From positions 832,001 to 896,000 of the forward strand of contig CAUVWX020000001.1 in assembly GCA_963555815.3 (NCBI GenBank): a DNA stretch of 64,000 nucleotides. The letters are read 5' to 3'. The notes below the pieces were generated by a model. The model had not been told where the DNA came from. It was given only the letters and a program-made list of their open reading frames with translations, and ran no database searches. The stretch comes from a bacterium. Its GTDB lineage: Bacteria; UBA8248; JACPRG01; G963555815. The first letter of the stretch is position 1. The number at the start of each line of letters is the position of its first letter. The translations under genes were made by a program, and so were the position numbers. Positions 56,638 through 64,000 of this stretch are shown here, in pieces.

Positions 56638-59430
56638 GTGCCAAGGGAGGAGGGACAGGTCGCTCGCGGCGCGGAGGGCGTCGAAACAGGAGAGGTAAAG
56701 AGAGAGGAAAAGGTCGAAAGGCTGGAACGGCCTCGTTTAGAAGGGGGTCTGAAATTCGCCCGCCGTTTTACCGATTCTGCCCTACATCCCTATGACGTCA
56801 TCGAAGGTGGATGGGAGCCGCGGACCGCCCTCATCACGAACGAAAAGGGGGAGAAGATCTTCGAGCAGAAGGAGATCGAGATCCCCAAAAGCTGGTCCAT
56901 GCTGGCCACCAACGTGGTGGTCTCGAAATATTTCAGGAAGTCCAAGGACCCGTCAAAGCGGGAACACAGTGTCAAGCAGCTGGTGGATCGGGTGGCGAAG
57001 ACCATCTCGCAATGGGGCAGGCAGGGAGGCTATTTTGACACCGCTGAAGATGTCGACACCTTCGAGGCCGAGCTGACCCACCTCCTCGTCAACCAGATGG
57101 CCGCCTTCAACAGCCCGGTCTGGTTCAATGTAGGTCTTGAACCCCATCCCCAGTGCTCGGCCTGCTTCATCAACTCCGTCGAAGACAACATGGACTCTAT
57201 CCTTCGTCTGACCCGAACTGAGGGGATGCTCTTCAAATACGGCTCGGGCACCGGAACCAATCTCTCTCCCATTCGGTCCTCCAAGGAGGTCCTCTCCAAT
57301 GGGGGTGAGCCTTCCGGCCCTGTCTCCTTTATGAAGGGATACGACGCCTTCGCGGGCGTCATCAAATCGGGCGGGAAGACCCGGCGGGCCGCCAAAATGG
57401 TCATCCTGAACATCGGTCACCCCGACATCCAGGAGTTCATCAACTGCAAGGCCGAGGAGGAGAAGAAGGCCTGGGCCCTCATCGACGCAGGCTACGACGG
57501 TTCCTTCAACGGGGTGGCCTATCAGTCAGTCTTCTTCCAGAACAGTAATAACAGCGTCCGGGTTGCCGACGAGTTCATGCACGCCGTCCTGGAGGATGAT
57601 CTCTGGCAGACGAGGGCCGTGACTGAGCCCGACCGCGTCGTCGACACCTACCGGGCCCGGGACCTGATGAGGCAGATCGCAGAGGCCTCCTGGATTTGCG
57701 GGGATCCGGGAATGCAGTTCCATACGACTGTCAACGCCTGGCACACCTGTCCCGAGACAGCCCCCATCAATGCCAGCAACCCCTGTAGCGAATACATGTT
57801 CCTGGACGATACCGCCTGCAACCTCGCCTCTTTGAACCTAATGAAGTTCCGGGACGAGGCCGGGAACTTTGACGTCGAGGCCTTCCGACAGGCCGTCCGC
57901 ATCACGATCACCGCCCAGGAGATCCTCGTCGATAACGCCAGCTATCCGACCCCCGCCATTGAGCAAAACAGCCACGACTACCGGCCCCTCGGCCTTGGCT
58001 ACGCGAATCTGGGGGCCCTCCTGATGGCCCGAGGTACCCCCTATGACAGCGCCGCCGGAAGGGCCATGGCGGCAGCCATCACAGCCCTGATGACGGGCGA
58101 GGCCTACCGGATGTCGGCCGAGATGGCCGCCCATACCGATCCCTTTTCCGGCTTTGAGAAAAATTCTAAGGCCATGCTCCATGTGATGGGGAAGCACAGG
58201 GCCGCCCTTGAGGGCGTCGAAAATGGGCTCTCGCCGAAGGACCTCTTGGCGACGGAGCCGCTTCTGGAGGCCGCCCGATCTGTCTGGGACGAGGCCCTGG
58301 TGCTGGGCACAAAACATGGCTACCGGAACTCCCAGGCGACGGTCCTCGCCCCCACCGGGACGATTGGCTTCATGATGGACTGTGACACGACGGGAGTGGA
58401 GCCGGACATCGCCCTCGTCAAATACAAGAAGCTCGTGGGCGGCGGCGTCCTCAAGATCGTGAACCAGACCGTTCCTGAGGCCCTCCGGCACCTGGGATAC
58501 ACCGAGGAAAAGGTGACAGAAATCATCTCATACATTGACGAGAACGGCACCATCGAGGGGGCGCCCCACCTCAAGGATGAGCACCTCCCCGTCTTCGACT
58601 GCGCCTTCACACCGGCCAACGGGGTCCGGAGCATTCACTACATGGGCCACGTCCGGATGATGGGGGCCGTTCAGCCCTTCATCTCGGGGGCCATCAGCAA
58701 GACCGTCAACATGCCGGGCGAGGCCACCTCCGAGGATATCAGCCGTGCCTACATCGACTCCTGGAAGCTGGGGCTGAAGGCCATCGCCATCTACCGGGAT
58801 GGCTGCAAGCGGACCCAGCCCCTCAATACGTCTCTGAAGGAAGGGGTAAAGGAGAAAGAGAGCCTTCGCCCCATCCGAAGGCGCCTTCCCGACGAGCGGC
58901 CCACCATCGGGCACAAGTTCAGCGTCGGGGGCCACGAGGGATATATCCACGTCGGGAAGTATGATGATGGAACGCCGGGGGAGATCTTCATCACGATGGC
59001 CAAGGAGGGGTCCTTCATCTCAGGCCTCATGGACACCTTTGCGACGGCCATCTCCATCGCCCTTCAGTATGGGGTCCCCATCAAAGTCCTCGTGGACAAG
59101 TTCAGCCACACGCGCTTTGAGCCCTCTGGCTGGACCAATAACCCCAAGATCCGGTACGCCAAGAGCCTCATGGACTACATCTTCCGGTGGCTCGGGATGA
59201 AGTTTTTGACGCCCGAAGAGCAGGGGATCGCCGTGGAGCCTGCCCCGGAAGGGCTGAAAGTAGAAGGGGATCTGACAGACGGCCAGGCGACGGTCCTCGC
59301 GGAGGCCGAGCGGCAGATCTTTTTGGCCCAGGCGGACGCCCCTCCCTGTCACGAATGCGGCTCCACCATGGTCCGAAACGGCTCCTGCTACCGCTGCCAC
59401 AACTGTGGCGCCACCAGCGGGTGTTCGTAG
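56638..59430 (+). CDS. nrdJ: Vitamin B12-dependent (class II) ribonucleotide reductase with C-terminal TSCPD and Zn-ribbon
   Basis: FNSPVW, CSACF, TRRAAKM, NPCSE, APTGT, AISKTVN, YRDG, CHECG..CHNCG; no intein or ATP cone visible. Confidence 0.96.
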   Translation: MPREEGQVARGAEGVETGEVKREEKVERLERPRLEGGLKFARRFTDSALHPYDVIEGGWEPRTALITNEKGEKIFEQKEIEIPKSWSMLATNVVVSKYFRKSKDPSKREHSVKQLVDRVAKTISQWGRQGGYFDTAEDVDTFEAELTHLLVNQMAAFNSPVWFNVGLEPHPQCSACFINSVEDNMDSILRLTRTEGMLFKYGSGTGTNLSPIRSSKEVLSNGGEPSGPVSFMKGYDAFAGVIKSGGKTRRAAKMVILNIGHPDIQEFINCKAEEEKKAWALIDAGYDGSFNGVAYQSVFFQNSNNSVRVADEFMHAVLEDDLWQTRAVTEPDRVVDTYRARDLMRQIAEASWICGDPGMQFHTTVNAWHTCPETAPINASNPCSEYMFLDDTACNLASLNLMKFRDEAGNFDVEAFRQAVRITITAQEILVDNASYPTPAIEQNSHDYRPLGLGYANLGALLMARGTPYDSAAGRAMAAAITALMTGEAYRMSAEMAAHTDPFSGFEKNSKAMLHVMGKHRAALEGVENGLSPKDLLATEPLLEAARSVWDEALVLGTKHGYRNSQATVLAPTGTIGFMMDCDTTGVEPDIALVKYKKLVGGGVLKIVNQTVPEALRHLGYTEEKVTEIISYIDENGTIEGAPHLKDEHLPVFDCAFTPANGVRSIHYMGHVRMMGAVQPFISGAISKTVNMPGEATSEDISRAYIDSWKLGLKAIAIYRDGCKRTQPLNTSLKEGVKEKESLRPIRRRLPDERPTIGHKFSVGGHEGYIHVGKYDDGTPGEIFITMAKEGSFISGLMDTFATAISIALQYGVPIKVLVDKFSHTRFEPSGWTNNPKIRYAKSLMDYIFRWLGMKFLTPEEQGIAVEPAPEGLKVEGDLTDGQATVLAEAERQIFLAQADAPPCHECGSTMVRNGSCYRCHNCGATSGCS

Positions 59431-59453
59431 GGCGTTAGTAGGGAGGATAAGAG

Positions 59454-59747
59454 ACGGGGCGCCTAGAAAGAGTCACGAGAGTCCTTGACGGCTATACGTT
59501 TAAGACGGCGAGCCGAAAAAACCCCGTCAGGCTGGCGAGCGAGGAATCATTCAAGAATGGGCAACCGGGAGCGATCAACGCCGCTCGAATTCTCCGAGAT
59601 CTGATTGAGGGCAAGGCGGTCCAGATTGAACCGGTAGGCGAAGACGACTACGGCCGGACCGTGGCCCGGGTTTACTTAGCTCAGAATTCGACGAATCATC
59701 GGAATCATCGAAGGTCGAAGAACAAAAAGAAGCGAGCTAAGAGCTAG
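59454..59747 (+). pseudogene. Degenerate thermonuclease (SNase-like) gene with ACG at the start position
   Basis: GGGAGG RBS then ACG; frame reads ..ERVTRVLDGYTF..VRLASEESFK..DDYGRTVARVY.., stop at 59745-59747. Confidence 0.7.
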
Positions 59748-59823
59748 AAAGAATTCTGTAAGATCCTGAATTACATCTAAAAGTTATGGCCCAGCGCCGG
59801 ATTTCACCCGTATCCTGAAAAGC

Positions 59824-61041
59824 CTAGGCTGCGTCCGCGTCCGAAAGAAGGACGAGGACGCCGGAGTACTGGTGGAGATAGATCTTTTGGCGGATGGGGG
59901 CGATCTCGGCCCCTGTAAAAAACCCGATGATGGGAATATTGCCCAGCCTTTCCCGAATGGTCTCAATGTCCACTGACGGCTTTCCGTACAAAGAACTCCC
60001 CCGGCCCACACAGTTGAAATAAAAGCCGAAGCTCGCGGGTCCCCGCCCAGACCGAGACGAGGCCGAGGAAAGGGAATCCACCATCTTGGCCAGGTCCCGG
60101 CGGGCCCCCTCTCCCTCCTTGAGGGTGAGATAGATGGCTTGGCCCATCGAGACGGGCTCCGGAAGCCCAATGGCCCCCGACTTGGGGTCTACGCCGACAA
60201 TGTTCCTGACGAGGTAGCTCCCCCGCTCCAGCTTCATATCGTCCGGGTCTTTGGGAAGGCCGACGAAAACCTTCGTGAGGGCCAGCTGGGGATTCTCCAC
60301 CAGGGACTCCCCGGTCGTCTCGGAAAGCACTTCAAGGGCGGGTCGGCCCCCCAGCTCATAGATGACGTTGCGATCCGCCCGGGTCACCACCCAGGGATCT
60401 CCCAGCGGGCGGCAGGCCTGGGTCACGTGAATGTCTGCGCTAAAAGTCCCCTTGAAGATCAGTCCCGACACAGCGTCGGACTCCACCTGGCCGTCGCAGA
60501 ATTGGTAAGTTCTCCCCTGGGTGCCGTCCTCCGAGGCGCCGCCTCCCACGACGGGGGCCGAGCCCAAGGCCTCCTGAAGGGACTCAAACAGGGGCTCAGG
60601 CTGAAGGCGATAGGTGTCAGGCAGGAGGAGGACGAGGGGGTCTGACCCGTCCGGGAGGTTTTCTTGGGCTCTTTTTGCGATCTCCTCCCCCACGACGTGC
60701 CCCCGGCCCCTCAGGGGATGGCAGAGGAAGGAATGGGCGGAGATCTGCTCGGAGGCTACGGCCAGGATGGCAATCCCCGGGGCGCCCTCGATCTCCCCGT
60801 CAGAGGTCAGGACGCCGTAGCCGCTGCACCCAGCGACCTGCTTGGCCCCTGTCTCTTCCTGAACCCACTTCATCAGGGGGCGGTACTGGGCGAAGTGGTG
60901 AGGGGTGGCAAAGAGGACGACGAAATCAGCCCGTTCGATGCCGGCCCGATTCATGGCGAGGTGGATGGCCTCCCGGGCCGCCACCTCGGTGTCCTGCTCT
61001 CCTGATAGCCCGACCCCGGCCCGAGTCCTGGACAACTTCAC
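59824..61041 (-). CDS. FIST N/C domain sensory protein
   Basis: VAGCSG, VVGGGAS, TQACRPLG, YELGGRPA, NCVGRG, GFFTGAEI; start may be 61074. Confidence 0.92.
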   Translation of the reverse strand: MKLSRTRAGVGLSGEQDTEVAAREAIHLAMNRAGIERADFVVLFATPHHFAQYRPLMKWVQEETGAKQVAGCSGYGVLTSDGEIEGAPGIAILAVASEQISAHSFLCHPLRGRGHVVGEEIAKRAQENLPDGSDPLVLLLPDTYRLQPEPLFESLQEALGSAPVVGGGASEDGTQGRTYQFCDGQVESDAVSGLIFKGTFSADIHVTQACRPLGDPWVVTRADRNVIYELGGRPALEVLSETTGESLVENPQLALTKVFVGLPKDPDDMKLERGSYLVRNIVGVDPKSGAIGLPEPVSMGQAIYLTLKEGEGARRDLAKMVDSLSSASSRSGRGPASFGFYFNCVGRGSSLYGKPSVDIETIRERLGNIPIIGFFTGAEIAPIRQKIYLHQYSGVLVLLSDADAA

Positions 61042-61207
61042 TCTAAAAACTCCACCGTGCGAGTTGAAAGCCAATGCCCTTGCGGAACGATTTCGCTCCG
61101 AATAAATACCTTTTTATGATACACGGTATGCTACATCGAAGGATGAAGGGGGTAAAGGGCCTTAGGGCCGTCTGAAAGACCCCTTGACCGGTACGCGTCA
61201 AAATCTT

Positions 61208-62686
61208 ATGACCCTCCTGTTGGAAAATGGTTTTGTCCTGACCCTCAATGACCGGGGGGACATCTTCCCCCGGGGGTCTATCCTCGTTCAGAGCGGGGAG
61301 GTCGTCTCCGTGGGCGCGGAGGTGGACCTCACTGGATTCGACGTGAAAGAGCGGATCGACTGCCAGGGGGGGATCGTCCTTCCAGGCCTCACCAACGCCC
61401 ACTGCCACCTGGAAGAGCTGGTCCAGCGGAGCATGCACCACGGTCTTCCCATGGAGGTCTGGCTGCCTTACAAAGACAGTGTCTTCGACTACCTCTCCCT
61501 TTCCCCCGAAGAGATGGAGATGGTCCTGACGTTCGCCTGCGCAGAGATGCTCCGGCACGGAGGGACCTCCGTCCTGCACCATTTTTCAGCGGGCCCCCGG
61601 CCCAACCCAGCCTGGGTGGAGGCGGCGCTTCGGGCCTTTCAAAGGACCGGCGTGAGGGCTGTCCTGACCCCCATGCTCCAGGACCGGGCCATGCGGGACA
61701 CCCTGCCTCTTAACCTTTCCTCTCTTCCGTCCGGTCTTCGAGCGAGGCTGGAGGCCGAAAGGCCGCCCCAGACAGAGGCCCTCCTGGAGTGGGCCGGGGA
61801 CTTTGTCAAGGGAAGCTGGCAGGGGGGACGGGTGCGCCCCGGGCTTGGGCCCTCGGCGCCTCAGCGCTGCTCGGACGCCCTCCTGGCGGGATGCCGGGAC
61901 CTCATGGAGCGCCACGACGTCCTCTTCCATACCCACCTTCTGGAGACTCGGGTCCAGGTCCATCATGCCAAAAAATTCTATGGCGGATCTTACGTTGAGC
62001 ATCTGGACCGGCTCGGCCTGCTTTCGGAGCGCACCTCCTTCGCCCACTGTGTGTGGTTGAGCGACGACGAAGTTTCACTCCTCGGGAAGCGGTCGGCCCG
62101 CGTCGTCCATAACCCCGCCTCGAATCTGAAGCTGGGAAGTGGGATCGCTCCCCTTCGAAAGATGCTCTCGGCCGGGATCCCGGTGGGCCTTGGCGTGGAT
62201 GGAGGGGACTCGAGCGATTCCGGAAGCGTCTTTGACCAGGTGAGGCTCGCCGCCCTCATCCATAACGTGACTACAGCGGAGCCAGAAGACTGGATTGAGC
62301 CCGTGGAGGTCCTTCGGATGGCGACCCGCGGGGGGGCCGCGGTGCTGGGTCAGGAAGAAAAGCTTGGATCTATCGAGCCCGGAAAGCGCGCCGATCTTAT
62401 CCTCCTGGACCGGTCCTGGAACTATCTCCCCTCCCTCGACCCGCTCTCCCAGGTGGTCTTCAACGAGCACGGAGACTCGGTCCGCACCGCCCTTGTCGAT
62501 GGCGAGGTTGTGATGAAGGATGGGAAAGTCCTGGGCATCGACGAGGCGGGCCTTCGGGAGGCCATGGAGGGGATAGGGTCGCGGCTGAGAGGCCATGAGC
62601 AGGAAGCGACGGCCTGGGCGGAAATTCTAAGGCCCCACCTCCTCTCCATGCACCGTGAAGCTTGCCGTTCTCTGGGAGAAGAGTAG
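61208..62686 (+). CDS. Amidohydrolase family deaminase (MtaD/AtzA-like)
   Basis: PGLTNAHCH, HTHLLE, AHCVW, HNPASNLKLGSG, GVDG, GKRAD. Confidence 0.92.
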   Translation: MTLLLENGFVLTLNDRGDIFPRGSILVQSGEVVSVGAEVDLTGFDVKERIDCQGGIVLPGLTNAHCHLEELVQRSMHHGLPMEVWLPYKDSVFDYLSLSPEEMEMVLTFACAEMLRHGGTSVLHHFSAGPRPNPAWVEAALRAFQRTGVRAVLTPMLQDRAMRDTLPLNLSSLPSGLRARLEAERPPQTEALLEWAGDFVKGSWQGGRVRPGLGPSAPQRCSDALLAGCRDLMERHDVLFHTHLLETRVQVHHAKKFYGGSYVEHLDRLGLLSERTSFAHCVWLSDDEVSLLGKRSARVVHNPASNLKLGSGIAPLRKMLSAGIPVGLGVDGGDSSDSGSVFDQVRLAALIHNVTTAEPEDWIEPVEVLRMATRGGAAVLGQEEKLGSIEPGKRADLILLDRSWNYLPSLDPLSQVVFNEHGDSVRTALVDGEVVMKDGKVLGIDEAGLREAMEGIGSRLRGHEQEATAWAEILRPHLLSMHREACRSLGEE

Positions 62687-62795
62687 TCGGCGATATGTCC
62701 TCAAGAGAAGGAGAAATTTCTGGGCGTTCATTTATATTATAATAAACGCGATTTTCAACCTATGGTCTTGGCCCAATCCTGTGAAGGGTAATGCC

Positions 62796-64000
62796 ATGGA
62801 CTTTCTACGAAGGAGCCTCGCAGCCCCCCTGCTTACTGCGGGTCTGCTTTTTCTTTCGTCCTGTTCAGACTCAGGCAAAAACTCGGAAGCCCTTGAAGAA
62901 GCAACGCAGCTCGATGCGGAGGTGATACACCTCTACGAAGAGGGCGATTATCTACAGGCGGCCTTCTTTGCGAGACGCGCTCTGGGTCTCCGCGAGGAGG
63001 CCCTCGGTCCCGACCATCCCGATGTGGCCAAGAGCCTCAACAACCTGGCCGGGGTGTATGACGTTCAGGGCAACTACAAGGAATCGCAGCCGCTCCACGA
63101 GCGTGCGCTCGCTATTCGTGAGGAATCCCTCGGACCCGATCATTCCGACGTCGCCGAAAGCCTGAACAACCTGGCTACCCTCTATCACGCCCGGCGTCGC
63201 TACGCCGAGGCTGAGCCGCTCTACCAGCGTGCGCTCGCCATCCGCGAGAGGGCCCTTGGTCCTGAGCATCGCCTGGTGGCCGAGAGCCTCAACAACCTGG
63301 CCGAGGCCTACCGCGCCCAGCGCGCCTACGACGAGGCCGAGCCTCTCTATCAGAGGGCGCTGGCCATTGTCGAGAAAGACCTCTCCCCCGAGCACCCATT
63401 TGCGGGCGGGATTCTCAACGGCCTGGGCTCGGTTTACGATGCGCAGGGCCGCTACAGTGAAGCTGAACCGCTCTACCGAAGATCGCTGGTCATTGTCCAG
63501 AAAGCCTTCGGACTAAATCATCCCCATGTGGCCACTGCCCTCGACAGGCTGGCCAGTGTCTACGTGGCCCGGGGGCGCTTTGAATCGGCCGAGCCCCTCT
63601 ACCAGCGTGCACTTGCCATCCGAGAGCAGGCCTTTGGCCGCGAGAATCTCCATGTGGCCCGGACCCTGATCCGTATGGCCGAGCTCTCTCAGGCGAAAAG
63701 CAACTTCAGGACGGCCGTGATCCTTCATCAGCGCTCCTTGTCCATCATTGAGGGGGTCCGCGGGCCTGAGCATCCTGAGGTGGCCGAGAGGCTCAATGAG
63801 TTGGCCAAACTACACCGGATCCAGGGCCGCTACGATGAAGCCGAACCGCTCAATCAACGTGCGCTCGACATTTGGGAAAAAGCCCTGGGGACAGGGCATC
63901 CCCAGGTGGCTACGGGCCTCAACGACTTGGCCTTGATCTACAAGGCCCAGCAACGCCACGTCGAGGCTGAGCCGCTCTACCAGCGTGCGCTCGGCATCCT
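62796..64000 (+). CDS. TPR lipoprotein with 42-aa (kinesin-light-chain-type) repeats, truncated by window edge
   Basis: MDFLRR..LLFLSSC lipobox; repeats of GPDHPDVAxSLNNLA..YxEAEPLYQRALAI; no stop before 64000, so absent from the ORF track. Confidence 0.9.
   Translation, partial: MDFLRRSLAAPLLTAGLLFLSSCSDSGKNSEALEEATQLDAEVIHLYEEGDYLQAAFFARRALGLREEALGPDHPDVAKSLNNLAGVYDVQGNYKESQPLHERALAIREESLGPDHSDVAESLNNLATLYHARRRYAEAEPLYQRALAIRERALGPEHRLVAESLNNLAEAYRAQRAYDEAEPLYQRALAIVEKDLSPEHPFAGGILNGLGSVYDAQGRYSEAEPLYRRSLVIVQKAFGLNHPHVATALDRLASVYVARGRFESAEPLYQRALAIREQAFGRENLHVARTLIRMAELSQAKSNFRTAVILHQRSLSIIEGVRGPEHPEVAERLNELAKLHRIQGRYDEAEPLNQRALDIWEKALGTGHPQVATGLNDLALIYKAQQRHVEAEPLYQRALGI

Noticed and set aside
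56638..59430. Intein or intron in nrdJ
   Set aside because: Catalytic motifs are contiguous, length is ordinary, and no intein splice or homing-endonuclease motifs are visible.
61167..61176. GCCGTCTGAA, the Neisseria DNA uptake sequence
   Set aside because: Only one copy noticed in 64 kb and it is part of a small hairpin; compatible with chance.
62980..64000. 126-nt periodic repeats as a non-coding array
   Set aside because: Explained by coding TPR repeats.

Overview
Chromosomal segment of a GC-rich diderm bacterium (TolC-type protein, lipoproteins); the lineage cannot be determined from this window. Most of it is housekeeping DNA: lexA, a csoR-spy-copA copper operon, priA-def-fmt-rsmB-PASTA-rpe, ffh-rpsP-khpA-rimM-trmD-rplS-rnhB-yraN, valS-birA-coaX, mltG, ribF, ruvX, an acyl-CoA ligase/thiolase/3-hydroxyacyl-CoA dehydrogenase operon, addBA, a small glycan-modification cluster, class II ribonucleotide reductase (nrdJ) with NrdR-like boxes, a FIST protein, an amidohydrolase and a TPR lipoprotein running off the right edge. 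I found no rRNA, tRNA, CRISPR array, prophage or transposase. The best signals are ones the ORF track misses or splits: (1) a peroxiredoxin-like gene at 14..487 with an in-frame TGA at the catalytic position (UxxC) and an fdhF-like SECIS hairpin 11 nt downstream, i.e. a probable selenoprotein; (2) two accessory genes broken at C/G homopolymers (acidic region + cold-shock domain + CMD-like tail; secreted caspase + TPR + duplicated beta domain), which may be phase variation or sequencing error; (3) a 102-nt self-complementary in-frame insertion in rimM; (4) a tandem pair of pentapeptide-repeat paralogues sharing a Cys/His N-terminal motif; (5) several small or decayed genes. All calls come from reading motifs by eye; no searches were run, and I cannot establish that any system here is truly undescribed.
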